Numbered from the stretch's first letter, positions 46,816 through 62,647 are shown. The stretch is DNA of 64,000 bases from Rhodosorus marinus CCMP1338 (GCA_029953675.1 JAMWBK010000001.1:2294001-2358000); one strand, 5' to 3'. Program-made: numbers and translations. The notes: generated from the letters alone by a model not told the origin.

Positions 46816-48792
46816 ATGATAAACAGTCTGTTTATCCTCAATGGCAACGGGTAAGTGTATTATCTTTTCACTCCGATTTTTCACGTCTATGTATGCTGTT
46901 AAGGCCCGCTTGTCAACGTCTTTCTAATCAGGGAGGTGATCATAGAGAAACACTACCGAGGCAACACCAAGCGTGTTGAATGTGAGCTTTTGTGGGCTGA
47001 GGTGCTCAAGGCAAAGACTCCACAAGATGTCACTCCTGTTCTCAGTACGACCAGTGGAGTCCTTATCCACGTCTACAAGAACAATTTGTTCTTCGTGGCC
47101 TCTGTAAGAACCAGCAAGAAAGAGAGAGAGAGAGAGAGAGATTGCGCTTGTTGTCGCGAAGATGTTGGGTGCTTACCTCCTTGCTTTGTCCGAACAACTG
47201 CCTACAGGTCCGACGTGATGTTATGCCGCTCGTTGTGGTGGAGTTTCTAATGAGGGTAGCGGATATATTCGTCGACTATTTTGGAGAGCTCAACGAGCAC
47301 GCGATCAAGGACAACTTCATCACAGTATATGAGCTGCTTGATGAAATGCTGGACAACGGACTACCGCTGAACATGGAGCCCAGCGTTCTCAAGGAACTCG
47401 TTAAGCCACCCGATCCTATTGCAAAGGTTCGTCTACCCAAATTTTATCAACCCGTCCACGAGCTCTCCGCCGGACGACGAAATCTGATCGATGCACCTCT
47501 CAAAACACAACAGATGATTGAGACCGTAACCGGAGACTCGAGAAGCAATACGGAGCTGCCGCAGAGCAGCTTGACAAACGTCCCGTGGAGAAGAAGAGGT
47601 TGGTTATACAAGCCAGGAAAATTTCCCTGAGCTATTGACAGGATCCTGAAAGACACCGATACTCGCCCGGCCCCCACCATCCCGTAGGCATTCGTTACAT
47701 GCAGCATGAGATCTTCGTTGACATTGTAGAAGAGATCGATGCTTTGGTCTCAAAGAGTGGAAGACCAGTACAGATGCAGGTTAGTCCTCCCCAACAAGGT
47801 GTCCAAACCTATACCGAAGCTCGGTTTGTCAGACGGTTGTGAGCTCCGAGACGCGCCGCTGGTGGGACTCGGAGCTCAAGTTCAGACAATCTTGCTCATG
47901 AAGAAGGCCACAACCTGAAATCCATGGCTGCCTTTGCCTTGTTTTAAGGTTACCGGATCGATTTTCTGCAACGCCAAACTGTCTGGTATGCCAGATATCC
48001 GGATGGTCTTGAACAGATCTAGAGGCGATATCGTGGACACCGCGTTGCATCCTTGTGTGAGGCTAAAGCGGTATGAAGAGGAGGGAGTGTTGTCGTTTGT
48101 CCCCCCTGATAGTGCTTTCAAGTTGGCATCTTATGTCCTCCGCAAAGAGGTATGAAATTGCGAAAAACTGAAGCCGGCCGAGAGGAGATCACTCGTTGCT
48201 AGATAGCCCGGCTGAAGATCGCTTTTCTCTTGTCACGGATGGGACATAGTACCCATTACCGATCGCCGTTCGGCCCAAGATCAAGTACGATGAGTTGTCT
48301 CATGCCGGGGAACTCAATATAACGGTCACTCCACAGTATAGCCGAGGCCCGGGAGCGGATGGTAGTATCGAGGACTGTGTTGTTACCCTCCAGTTTACTG
48401 AAGAAGTTTCGACGACGTCCTTGTCGAGCAATATAGGGTCCACCCACTTCGATCCCTCTCGAAAGGTGTGCAAATGGACTGTAGGGCAGGTACCCATGGG
48501 TAGAACTGCGACGATGACGGGGGGTCTCGCACTTGACCCTACCATGCCAGTACCTAAGAGAAAACCTTCGGTTCTCTTACAATTCAAGTAGGCTGACCAC
48601 TGAATGTATTCGGGGGATTCTTGCTTGCTTAAACGCGCTCTGAGTGGTGGTGACTTTGCTCCCCGTAGGATATTATCCAACTCAATCTCAGGAATCATGA
48701 TTGAAAGCTGTACAGTACTTGGAGAGTCCAAGCAGCCCTACCGTGGGCTCAGATGTATAACGAAGGCGAGAAAACTCGAGTATGCAACGTGA
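46816..48792 (+). CDS. AP3M: Adaptor complex medium subunit, AP-3 mu type, multi-exon
   Basis: MINSLFILNGNG|EVIIEKHYR, PLVVVEFLMRVADIFVDYFG...IKDNFITVYELLDEMLDNGLP..EPSVLKELVKPP, VPWRR, HEIFVDIVEEIDA, LSGMPD, LHPCVRLKRYE..VLSFVPPD, PYRGLRCITKA. The N-terminus and the PL.V.EFL.RV motif favour AP-3. Confidence 0.9.
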
Positions 48793-49778
48793 GACAGTTG
48801 GGAGAGTCGCTCTTCACCGGTGAACATTTCCTGTAAATCATTCCACGTCGCGGAGGGGGGCCGGTTAGGGTTGTTCGTACTCCACATCCGCAGCCTGGTT
48901 CTCTGACTTGGGGTGGCGGAGCTCTTAGATTATACTGCGCAGCGCGTGCTGATCGAAGAGTCCCGACCTTGCCCTGGACATTTGTAGACACGTTGTCAAA
49001 GAAGAAAAAAAAGGAGCTCGCTCACTGTTCACGTAAGATTGCAATCTCAGGAGTCGAGGCCGGTTCCGGTCACGAACACGGAGCCGGACGGATCTGGCAT
49101 AATTTGACGGCCATATCCGTCCGGGCATCAAATTTCGTTGGATGAATCCTTCTAATCAGCAGATCCACCCCGTTCGTCAGCGCCGGCACCCTCTCCGACG
49201 CCAACTGGACATTCCCAAGCGAGCGTCTTCGCGCGATGTGACCATGTGGAACTATGGCCGTCCCCGATTCTCACAGAACTAGCTACTTATGAAGGAGGAG
49301 ATGCCATCGCTCCCATTACTGATCATCCAAGTGATCATCAAAGAGTCTACTCCACGATTCAACTCATTGGAGAACCCTTCATCAGGGATACGTGACGCAT
49401 ATTTCATCCGTTGCATCTGTTTCGCAGCTGAGGGGAAAGCACTGAGCCTGCGGGATGACAAAGAGCCAAGCATCTTGTACACCGATTGTAGCTTCAACTA
49501 GTTAACCAATTCGTCAACTCGAGCTGAGCGCGAGCTTCCGGAAGCGCTTGCGTTTCATGTCGCGGAAAGCTGTGACTAAGCTAACGACTTGCAGCTGTAT
49601 TTCAATCCGGAAAGGCAAAGTTGGTAGGGAGGGAGGGAGGGAGGAAAGTAGTTTGAGATTTCTCAGGAAACTATTCATCAATATTTTCGTGGTCTTGAAA
49701 CGAAAGAACCTGGACCTACTTAGTGTGTTTCTTTGCGTTTCTTTCCGACGTGGAGTACTGCAGCAATAGTTGCGGAAA

Positions 49779-50518
49779 ATGAACTTTTACGGACGTGGTT
49801 TGGCGGCGATGGGAGGGTCTGCACTGGGATCCTCTGGAACGATAACGGCAAGTTCAGTGATCGCACAATTCCAGCAGTTCCTTGAGAGGAGCGCAGCTCA
49901 GGATGCCCAGAAGGCGTTCGAGCTCGGGCACAGGGAAGCGCTGGTGGAATGTGCGGAGATCCTGTTGGAAGAGGGACAAGGATTGGAAAGCGCGGAGGAA
50001 TACACTCAGTTGCCAAAGAAAGATCTGTTTTCCCTTGGCAATGCTCATAAGCTTGTTGAAGAGAGTCAAACGACCGCTGTCGAAGGTCCGGATTTCTCCG
50101 AGAAGCGTTTCCGTGTTCGTGATGAGGAATTTGTGAAGTACTTGGGTAAGGCGAAACAAAAACACTCCCCAGCAATGGATTCGGTATCGAACTGAATCGA
50201 ACGAGATCTACCCTTCTGAAATAATCAGAATTCTTGACCCAGTACACCATCGTCCCTCACGTACAGCGGCAAGCGCTGCAAAATTACAACAGCGGTAGAT
50301 GGTACAAGGTGAAGGCCGCTGAAAAAGAGCCAGACGCGGATCCTACTGTAGAAGACGAAAGGCTACTGATAGCAGCCTGGGAGAAGAAGGTACAGAGAAA
50401 GTTCCAGCAGGAAGCCATTCATCGAGTCATTCCAACAGAATACAAAGGCCCATCCGTTTGGTGGAACGTCGTAGGTAAGTTGATCGGGGAGGGAATCATA
50501 CAAGCTCATAAACGCTAG
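49779..50518 (+). CDS. Hypothetical protein, at least 2 exons
   Basis: Helical protein-like ORF (MNFYGRGLAAMGG...EEFVKYL). gtaagg donor at ~50146, tacag acceptor near 50267, then a coding-like downstream frame. Frame join and 3' end unresolved. Confidence 0.5.
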
Positions 50519-51186
50519 AGGAATACAAACAGATCCTCTTCATATGAAACTCTTAAAGCTAACCAAGTCCGTGCACTATTTCTACAGGTGTCTCTCCCGT
50601 TGGCCTGAAGAGAGTCTTACGTCAATGCCCTTTCCAACGGGTAAAATCATCCGCGCCAAATGTAGTGTAAGAACGGTAACAAACAATCAATACAAGAATC
50701 AATATTCTTCTTTAAGACAAGACTGTTACACGTACTTCCAATAAATTGATTCCAAATACGATTCATTTCCTATTATGACGTTGTGGACGCGAGATATATC
50801 AAAATTTCTTTATCTTAAGGATTTACTGACAGCTGACACCCATAGTGCTCTCCGAACGGACGAGTTTTGCCGTGGATATGGGACACGATATTTGATAGAT
50901 GGATTTTTTTTGTTGGCCTAGGGTTGGTATCATTGGCCGGTGCTAGGGTTTGGTGGTTTTACTCCCTTTTGAAGTGAATAGTTGATTGAGAATATAAGGA
51001 GCTTCATGAGTCGATTTGGAATTGCAGTCAGGGGAGAGCGGAGGTGGAGGGTAGGCCGGGGGGTTGGGTCGGGATAAAGTACTGGGAAGGTGGAAGAATT
51101 GGACGTTGGTAGACGAACTTGAGATCACAGCGCTCGTTAAATATAAAAATCCCCGGTTTTTTTTGCGAGAATGTTTTGTTACCAAG

Positions 51187-52226
51187 ATGGACAAGTCGTT
51201 GCAGACAATTCGTAGTGGCGGAGCCGAGGTGGTGGGTCTCTTCGAGAGGGTCATGTCGAACAAGAAGCTATGCGCCTTTATGAAAGTAGGCTTATGGGCT
51301 TGAAGCTTTCCTCCACGACCTTTGTGGAGTTCGAAGCTAGGTTTTAGTCGTGAGGTCTTGGAAACGCGTTATTGTTAGGGCCACGCAGCTGGCATGCGTC
51401 GAGTTCAGGAGGAACTCGGACGTTCAAGCGCCGGAGAGGTTCTCGAGCTTCAAAAATCTGGGCGTTTAGAACCGTCCGACCACGATTATGGCAATCTTCT
51501 AGATCCAAAAGATAGTGCAAAAGGTTAGCGATAAGGGGCAGCACCACACTTGAAAATACGGTGCTTTGCTGAAGAAGCCTTCTTTCAATTACTTCCACGG
51601 GAGTAGGAGATCTACGTATCCCCCGGGAAACCAACGCGGCAGCTGATCTGGTGAAATTCCTGTCACAGACAACCGCAAGGGCGAGCTCTCATACAGAGAT
51701 GTCTCAGAATCCGTGGAGAGGTGGAAACTTCAATACTGCGCCGATGACCTTTCGACATCAAACTTCTAGTCGGCCAAATGGTCATAACCAAGTACGACGT
51801 GCTTACACGTGGACGAATTCCTACCAGAATGGTATGTTGTGTGCTTCCAACATCAGCTTCAAAAGCGCGAGGAAGAGTAGTTTGCAGTTGAAGATGCTTT
51901 CCAGCTGCTCCGAGTTCCAGGACCCGAAAAAGTCGGTCTCCGGTCAAGAAGAGGAAACGAGCGTCGGAGGTCAAGAAGGAGAAACGACTGCGCAGCCAGC
52001 TCATCAAAAGATCTCCCAGAAAGCAAGTCTACCGAAGAAAGCTTTGCGCTACAACGTGGAACGTTTGATCATGGGTCTCTTCTCCGATTCGAAAACGAGA
52101 ATGTACAAAATCTCGCACACAGCCAGTACCACTGGGCTGCCCGTCGCGCGATCTTTGCTCCCCAGCAGCGCCCGCAAGGACTACAGACGTGTTCGAAAAC
52201 AGCAACGCAGGTGGCTTTCACGCTAA
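51187..52226 (+). CDS. Hypothetical low-complexity protein, multi-exon
   Basis: MDKSLQTIRSGG...AFMK followed by a gtaggc donor, and a 191-codon downstream ORF ending in a basic tail. No family recognised. Confidence 0.4.
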
Positions 52227-52654
52227 TAGGGCCTACTCTGCGGAAGGTTCCAGAAAAAGCACTGTGTACATCAAACGAACCACGCACCCGCAGCTCCCTC
52301 AGTGGCCAACCCTGATTAATGGAGCTTCCTCGCGCGCAACTCATCAGGCACCTCGTGGCGGGTTAACCCACACGTGCTTGAGGACTACCAGGTGACCAAC
52401 AAACCCGCAAGCGAGCCGCTCCAGCGCGAACAAGATGTCGTTTTCCTTAATACCCGTACTTTGGAGACGTTTTCAAGAGTTAGTACCTTTTATTCGTCAA
52501 GTTAGCAAACAAGTTGTCATCCAATTTTCAAGCCCATTTCCGTAGCTACCAGTGCCCAGCAAAGACACTGGTACACATCAAACTTCTACAAGCCACATAC
52601 CCGAGCTTGCCAGTTACTTCTCCACCTTCACAATATTCCCACATGTCCTATTTT

Positions 52655-54416
<1,762 letters not shown>

Positions 54417-55918
54417 GATCCAAATACACCCTCCTTCCCTCAAAAAATATCCTCCTACATTGCCAATCCCAGAAACACTACAAAAGACATCCCAGAGAAA
54501 CAACCCCCCATCACAGCTCAAAAAGACAATCGTCTTCAGCCCTCATTCCATGCTTACGAATCCAGACCTAATTCCCACCACCTCCACCCCCAAGCATTTC
54601 CCTCTCAAAAGGTTACCTTCCTATACTTTTGAATCATGTGCAGCCACTGCCAAACCTCGCCCAGCAACTCTTCACACCACTCCCAACCAAAAACGGGAAC
54701 CCCAGCTTCCCCCGCGCTAATCCTTAAACGACATTATAACAACAAACATTAAAGATAAACATTAAAATAAATATCGAACAAAAAAAATAAAAAAAAGGTA
54801 CTCAAATAATATTTAAGTATAACTAGAAATATATATGTACAATAGAAGAAAAAATAATATGGTAATTTATTTACTAATAAACTAGATATGTTGTATAATA
54901 AAGAAGGAATTTTTGTCACCAATCATAAGTGCGCAAAAAATTGGGTTCGTACGGGTTTTGCTTTGATGGCTCTTTAAGGTTCAGTAGTTAAAGAACACCT
55001 GTTGAATAAATATGAAAATTAAAATAAAAGGGAGTACTTCTATTATATTTAGTTATATTTGATATTTACATATGTAAAATGGAAGAAAATATGTAGTGGG
55101 CTCTAAAATATTTATAAACTGGTTTATTCTTGCAATAAGAAAAAAGTTTTTGGAATGAATAAAAAAAAAGTTCGCGAATTCGCGTAGAACAGCGTTTCTT
55201 TGAGGCGTTTGAAAATGACTGATCAGCTGATCAGCTTTCAAGCGCGCTATGCTTATCGTCTGAGGATAGCTGGGACACTCAAACGAGGGTGCTGGGATGG
55301 TTAAGAGCGCCAGCCAGGTGCTACAAGTTGCCTTGGATGGATGAGCAATAAACCACCCGCGCGCAAGGGTGAACGCGGTCAGGACCGAAAACAATCTCAG
55401 CTGGTTGCAACCGTATAATAATATGTGTTTTCGTTCACATATTATTATACGGTTTATACTGTAATATTTTCAACGTATAAACAATATACAGAAGGGGGAT
55501 GGCGAAAATTATATTTTATTCACATGGTGTTGTTATTGTTTTTACTATAAGTTTCGGAGCGGTAGGTAGGCTAGGTACGGGACGCTGCTTCAGGGTGGTC
55601 TCTCTGTAAGGGTTGTTGGATCAGAGGCTCGTGATAGAGGATTGAATTGGTAGAGGAGATGAAACATTTGCGTTGTGCACGATGGACTTTGCTGCGATGT
55701 CGTCGACTTGCGTTGATTGGATGGTGGGATCTAATCGAGGCACTTTCGGATGCCAGGGTAGGATGACGGCGCCGGTTCTTAGCTTAGTATTGGTATCATT
55801 TAATGATTGAACTCATGCACATGGGGTTGCGTCTACAAGACACCCCCGAAGGTCCCTCGCGATTCCGCGTTTTGCTGTTTAGTCTCCGGAGACAAACCAT
55901 TACAGAAAATGCTTCCAT

Positions 55919-56671
55919 TTAGAAAGCTTTCTGGGGCTCTCCGTAGATAAAGTCATCACAGACGACAACGTCGGCGCTCGACTTGTAGGATTTGTTGATC
56001 GGTCTGTTACCCAAAGTCACAATCACGCGAGCGATGATCGCCTCCCTGAAGTAGAAGCCGAGGAATGACAGGCCTCCAGGGGTTGGCTCAACGTAATCCT
56101 CCGCGATAAGGCAGTCGTCGATATCGTACAGTTGCATCTTGGTCGTATTCTTCTTGTTCACATCCACAAACACAATTCCGAATCCCTTCGTGACAGCCTT
56201 GGCCCTCTTAGCAGGGATGGTAAGGCGGATCTGGAAGACATTTTCCTTGATCGGTGTGAACAGTCTCTTCGGGCTGAAGGTCTTGAAGTTCTGGGATGCC
56301 TTCTTGTTGACTGTCGAGAATCGCTTGTCGCCATTTGACGGAGTAGGATCACTGACCAAGAACCTGTTCGAATCACTGGACACGGTCAAGCCACGCGTGA
56401 CGGTGTCGGAGAAGAACTTCCTCGGAAACGTGAACGGCACGATTGGCGCATCCCAGTTGATCGATCGCTGTCCCTTGCTCTTCGGTCCCGGGTCGCTACC
56501 ATTGTCCTTTCCTCCCAGCAACTCCCTGAAGAAATCGACAGCGTACTCCAACTTGGCAGCCTTCGAACCGCTCCCATGAACGATCGTCTTGAAGCTCGTC
56601 TGTGACTCGCAAGTCGCAGCCTGCGCCGCTGCGATCAAAGCAACAGCCAACACGATTGACAAAATCTTCAT
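55919..56671 (-). CDS. Secreted uncharacterised protein (INWD...DDFxYxEP family), paralog 1, 250 aa, intronless
   Basis: Uninterrupted ORF with signal peptide MKILSIVLAVALIAAAQA; collinear similarity to 62648-63478. Confidence 0.9.
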   Translation of the reverse strand: MKILSIVLAVALIAAAQAATCESQTSFKTIVHGSGSKAAKLEYAVDFFRELLGGKDNGSDPGPKSKGQRSINWDAPIVPFTFPRKFFSDTVTRGLTVSSDSNRFLVSDPTPSNGDKRFSTVNKKASQNFKTFSPKRLFTPIKENVFQIRLTIPAKRAKAVTKGFGIVFVDVNKKNTTKMQLYDIDDCLIAEDYVEPTPGGLSFLGFYFREAIIARVIVTLGNRPINKSYKSSADVVVCDDFIYGEPQKAF

Positions 56672-59600
56672 CTCGTTCCGCGGTGTTTTAACAATCCTCT
56701 TCCAAATCTCAGTTGATAAACTACTGCCTCTACCCCTGCTGTCCTTCCTCCATCATAGCCAGCACTACCAACTCCAAATCCTCCCCCTTTTATACCCTTC
56801 CAGTGCCCTATCCAACTGCTCTCTTCCTCCCCAAACCGCAAAACCTGATCTTCACATCCAAAGATCCCCCACGAGAACTCCACAAAAAAAGGAAAGAAAA
56901 AAGGGGACAAAATTCGTCAACAAACAGCTGCTACCTAGAATCGATCTTCCCACCCCTCTTCAACAACCTCGTCAATACAAAATAAACTGCTAATTATTAT
57001 ATTAATTCATTTAAGTTACATTTGAGCTCTGGATCTTTACCCCCTTTCAATACCTACAACAACCCCGCGCTTACTAGCCTATAGTATTCCGTTCCGCATA
57101 ACCCCTATCAATAATTTACTAAACGCATATTTTATTATTACTAATCAAATAAAAGAGACCGATATGAGTTCCAGCCAAAAGGGTTTAGAAGACAGGTTGT
57201 GGGAAGCTATATCGTGCTAAATGTATTTAGGTTATAATTGAACGGAAGACAATGAGGAGCAGATATTGTCCTGTATTTTGGTAGAAATGGTCCTACGCTC
57301 TTCGAGTTTTTCGAGTTTTCTGATTTGTTTAGTCAAAAAAAATTTTAATATGTTTTTACAAAGAAACGGCTGGGCGCAGACATCAACTCCGCGGAAGTTT
57401 GTTTTGGGAATATATTTATTGGTTTTTTCAACCTCCTTCTCATCATAGCGCCCTAACGGTTTAATTGTTTTGTTTTTGATTTTTCGCTCTCCCACTCCTG
57501 GCCGAAAATGCCCAATGTTTCCTCGGTCTACCCTCAAACTGATGTCCATACCTTCATTTTGCGTCATTTAACTTCGGAACTAAACTTGCCCAAGCAAAAA
57601 CAAATTTTTTTCTGGGAACTCTAGACGCAGACGCGGAAGAGCCTCCAACAAAGAGCATTAGGAATTGAATTTATATAGAAACTAAACGTTTGTGGCCATA
57701 CCCCCTACTGGAGGACTCTTAGAAGTCGATAGTACTCTTTTTTCTTCTTAAAAAGGATTGCTACGGATCGACTTATATCACGGTACGTTCTGTTGGGTAG
57801 TAGGAACGAATATATATAACTTTTTTTCGTAGTAAGTTATGGTCTCTATAAAAGTTTACTTTTTTATTATTTTTCTGTTGACGTCGGGTTGGGCAGCTCA
57901 TTTACTCACTCACTTAGCAAGACGCGTTTCTTATTCATAATTATTTTTGAAAAACAAAAAATCTAGAAGTTTCCTTGGAAGGTAGTAAGTCCCCAATCTC
58001 AGGATTCCAAAATCGGGCTTTATCAGACGGATTTTGACGATATTGATAGTTCGACGGTTTAGTTTAGCACCCCTCCCCCCCATCCTAATATAACTCGATA
58101 CTATCCAGTACCCCACTCCTATTTGTTTTAAAAAACGGGAAACTTAAAATTGAGGACCGATGTTCGCCCGTTGACTAACTAAAATCGTAGTTCTATTGAA
58201 TAAATATTATTTTTCAGACGGAAAGCTACTGAGTACATCTAAAAAAATACCATTTTTTAATATAAGGATTTTTAATACGTGAACGTGGTTTTTGTCGCTG
58301 GAAGGGGTTTTTACCCTTAGTTTTTTTTATAGTGGAGAAGGGAAACGAAGTGATATAGCGAAGCAGACGAAAAAGCACTATCGAGAATCGAATACCGTTT
58401 TTCTTTTGAGATGGGGAAAAAAAACACAGAAATCTAGCCCCTTTTGTGAACCTAGAAGTAGCTTCATTCTAACCCCCTTCCCCCCCCCTCGGTTAACTAT
58501 TGAACTGGAAGATATGAACGTAGCCTTTACGGTGGGTGAAGTATTTAAGTAAATATGGGTTCATTCTTTTTGTTTTAATTAAACAAATAGTAGATGTTGT
58601 TCATAGGGTTGGAGAAGAATCTATATAAATTGAAGTGGGGTTTTCCGACGGGTTGTTCTTGAGGACAACGGCGACGTGCAGATGCATTTGCAAAATTCCT
58701 GAATTTTTTTTTGGAGGGGAGTGTAAGGCGGATGAGGAATCGGCGAACGTCATTTTCTTGAGAAGTGTGGCCCCCGAAATAGTGTATTGGTTTATACCTT
58801 TTTTTTGGGTGATCTCGATCGAATTGTATGGCTTATGTACGAGGGGGAAGAAAGTTGTCGGCGCGCGTTTCTCAAGCGCTGCTCGCCAAGTCGAGAGAGG
58901 ATTTTTTTTGATATTTATGGAGGGAAGATGGTGATAAGAGATGATGGATCTATTGATTTGCGTTGAGTTTGAATTCATTGCTGCCGACCTCGGTATGAGT
59001 AATGAAAAACGAAAACCGCGGCACTGGCTGCCTCAGCCCGCACACACTCAGTCAAGGACAATTGCATTTTTCAAACAACCCCCCCGCGCGCAAGTCGCGA
59101 TGGTTAGCCCGGTGGGTTTGGTCAGTGCTGAACGTTTCAGTAAGTGTCAGGCTTCTTTCATTTGCCAGCGTGAACGGAACATGCGATACCGAATTCCCAC
59201 CTTTTTGTGTTCTCCTCATGTTCATGTTGGGGTAGTCTTCAGACTAGCCCAACATGGTTAACCTCGTCATGAATGGATTTGCCCGTTGGCACAGAGCATA
59301 TACCACTACAGTTGGAACTTACATTCTCTTGTCCTCAACGGGCTAAGCTAATGAGAGTCTGGCGTTGATGTGATGCAACCGGTTCTAGGGCTAAGAGGCT
59401 GACCACCTGCTGATGTGAGTGGTTGATGCGGACGGCGTGCGAATTATCTTCCGTTCGGAATCTGTGAATTTTGTTTTGTGCGGGGGCGTGGCTGCATGGC
59501 GGCTCTCGAGCTGTGGTTTATTGCAACGATTTTGCCAGAAGTTTAGCAGCGACTGATGCTTGCTCACAGTGGGTTAGGTCTGTGACAAACGATCAATGAA

Positions 59601-59963
59601 GGGAGGCTGCTCGGTCGCCCCGCGCACGCCGCGATCAATGCTTAGCTCCGGGTACCGCACATCCTGAAATTGTGTGGCCTAAAGTTGATTGGATTCGTGT
59701 ATTGCCAACCGCTAAGGTGTTAGCCAAGGGCAGCGACTGTTTCCGTTTTGCCCCAATTACCGGACTGCGGGCCCTGTCGCCGGAGCCTTACCAAGGCGTG
59801 CCTTAAACAGCTGCTGGAAGAATTTTTTTTTCAAACTGCACTTAGCTCGGTGTCCGTTCCTTCCAATATGGAAAGCTCCGGATTTCATGAACGCGGTGAA
59901 GACGGACGGTTGCGCTGCGGACTTCACGGCCACTGAAGCCTTTACGTGCTAACCATGGAACGC

Positions 59964-60284
59964 CTATTTCATAAGGCGTGCCTGCCATGAAATCCGCAAT
60001 GCAAAGCTTTGTACTTGATCGAACAAACAAGGCGAAGTGTGGGATTCAGGTGGTACACCACTACTTCCTCCCTGCTCTGGATATGAACGCTCACTTGATG
60101 TTGAAGGCGCGTGATATTCGCCTTCAGATGTCTTTCTTCCCCTCTCCTTTTGTTCTATCTCCGAATAAGCACGTTCATTCACTTCCTGCCGCTGGAGACC
60201 CAGCTTGCCAGCAATGTCCGACTCATGAGTCGCGCCCACAATCCAATTGTGGGAGATGGGGGAAGGACCAAGATGTTGAAACAT
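59964..60284 (-). CDS. Possible hypothetical ORF
   Basis: 106-codon ATG ORF directly downstream of a skewed leader (60330-60420). No homology recognised. Confidence 0.25.
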   Translation of the reverse strand: MFQHLGPSPISHNWIVGATHESDIAGKLGLQRQEVNERAYSEIEQKERGRKTSEGEYHAPSTSSERSYPEQGGSSGVPPESHTSPCLFDQVQSFALRISWQARLMK

Positions 60285-60981
60285 ACCTTTCCAGGTGTTA
60301 GCACTTAAAATCTACTCATCCTACTTGTCCTGCTTAATGCCCGCCCTCCCAGCCTGCCCCAGGGATTGACCGGATTCCCAAAAAACCCCCTTCTCAACCC
60401 GCCAAAACACCTTACGTAAAACAAATTGGTTTTCGTAAAAATAAACACCCGAACGTTCGAATAGATCCAAAAAGCGATAGAAACACTTCAATCTAATCAA
60501 TCACATTCCAGTGTCGTCAACTCGGTTGGAGGTTCCATTATCAACAACAGCATGCCCAAATTATGAGAGACTTATAGGTAAATATTGGGGTAAACCCCTC
60601 AGCAACATAACAAGGACCGCTTTTTTTCGCTAGCTCCAGAATACCCGAAATCGCCGTATTTATATAGTTTCTCAACCGAATTAATAAATTCAACTATTCT
60701 GTTCCATAATCGGGGGTCGGACATCGGATAAAACAAAAACTGTATTTCTACAGCAGAATCAAGGGTCCAAACCGACTAAATACAGCAGTTTTGTTTCTCA
60801 GGTTCAGGTGTCGCAGGATTCGAGCTAGGATTGTCGATAGTCGTGAGGGGCCAAATCCGTAAGATTTGCGAGGATTATAAAAGGGATTCAGTCAATATAG
60901 CATCGCGAAGGTTAAATCAATCAATATGCGCTTCCTTTTGGGTTTGTTGTTGCGACATGAGGATTTCCGCTACCGATCGGA

Positions 60982-61215
60982 GTGCGTGAGGAAGCAAAGG
61001 AAGCAAAAATCAGCATCCACATGTTGACCCAAGAGAGTTTTCTAGAATGGAGGTTCAGGGTGGAGCGAGCAACCAGAGCAAAGGGAGCAGCAGCATCACT
61101 CCGAGAACAGATGGATGAAGAAGCCAAGGAGGATATGAATGCCCAGAGCATTATCGTGAATACAAGAAAAACAATTTATTCAGAGCCTATCCAGAAGCGG
61201 AAAGGGAGATGCTGA
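60982..61215 (+). mobile_element. Possible decayed Ty1/copia Gag N-terminal fragment
   Basis: LTQESFLEWRFRVERATRAKG...EDMNAQSIIVNT resembles the copia Gag start pattern (L...NY..W..RM...L.AKG.....D..A..IIV). The frame collapses afterwards; no LTR or PBS found. Confidence 0.4.
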
Positions 61216-62647
61216 TGACGAGAGTCCAACAATATTGCAGCATTCGAACGCCAGAGAGTTAGAGAGAGCTCCGTGAGGAGGCTGTCAAGGCTCCCAGGGG
61301 CATGGCGAAAACACAGCTAAACCCCAGACTACTCCAGTGGTCGCATTGAACCAGCGAAGCACCACGACGTTGTGCAGACGTGGGAAGATATCGCGCAGCC
61401 CGGGGACAAGAAATAGAAAAGTCAAGATACTCACTCCTGCAAGCAGCCAGATCAGTGACCACCAATACCACCGAATCACACGAAGGAAAACAGGTGTCGC
61501 ATCATTTGCATCAAGCGCACGAGATACAGGCAAAGGGACCTCGTAGTCCAGCTCGCGATCCGTACCTGGCGCCTGCGGCCGTAGATATCGAAATAAATAC
61601 CGGTTTATACGCGTATGGCGATGAGCACGGGGTCTTGCAACGCCAGACAGGACGTGGAGGCAGCGTGATGTTTAGTAACCTCCCGGCGAGACCAACTTAT
61701 AAATACAAAACAAATTAGACAAATTTCATTCGTAAATACAACATGAAAACTTCGCTTTCATTTATTCCGACCTAAATGTTGACGAATCAACCTAAATTAT
61801 CGTACCCTCCCAAAAAGAATTGATTGATAACTGCCAAATGTTGAGTGTTTCCAAAATTCGTGAGCTAGTTTTCAATTGATTTACAGACGAAAATTCATGA
61901 ATTATAAAAACTTTACAACAGGATCGAGTATTTGTTTCCTGATTTTTTAATTATTTTTGGAAATATTTGTTCAGGTATAGTAAAAGTTGTTTTTAAAATT
62001 AAATTCTCCTGGTTTTTATTATGTTATGAGAAGGTCTAGTATGTTTTGAGTTTATTTTTGATCGTAGGGGCTCCCGTTCTGATTGAACTTAGTGCAGCCC
62101 AAACCACTTGGCTGTTGATGGCATTTTTCTTGCGTCAGTGGACTTCTGCTGTGAAGGCTCTCTACTGTCTGATTCTCAGCATCTGAAGACAAGTATTGTA
62201 CTCCTTGACTGGAGGATGCATACGAATGGCGAACAACCAGCAAAACATCACAGCAATACCAAAGTTGGAATCTTTCCTTCGCAGAACAGTCCCGATGCGG
62301 GTTTGGCGGGGGGAGCCCAACTTCCATGAGCATACATTGAACAGCTCTAGCGGAGGCCGCTTTATGATTGCGTTAAGGGTGGGCAATATTTTCAGCGCAA
62401 TTGTGGTGATTAAAAAAAGAAACAAATCAGAACTTAGTCTCCGAAGTCAGTCCAGTCTACTCGCTTTCGGGCGGAGCCCAATCTGACGAGCCGTTTAGCA
62501 GTTGTCATGGACACTGCGGCATGCAGATCCCAACGACCACTGACTACCTGACTGCCCAAAAGGGTATTTAAAGTGGCTTAGTGGAAATGTGTGCGGTTCG
62601 GGTCGGGAAGGAAACGACAGCTTTAGGTATTGGTACAGCTGGGAAAG

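Noticed and set aside
49850-50020. Weak resemblance of the 49779 protein to a bromodomain-associated (BTP/TAF8) histone fold (AFE...ALVECAEIL...SAEEY)
   Set aside because: Too few matching positions and no TAF8 C-terminal motif; left as hypothetical pending HHpred.
60719-60733. ggacatcggataaaa, resembling the 5' part of U6 snRNA
   Set aside because: The ACAGAGA box and downstream U6 sequence are absent.
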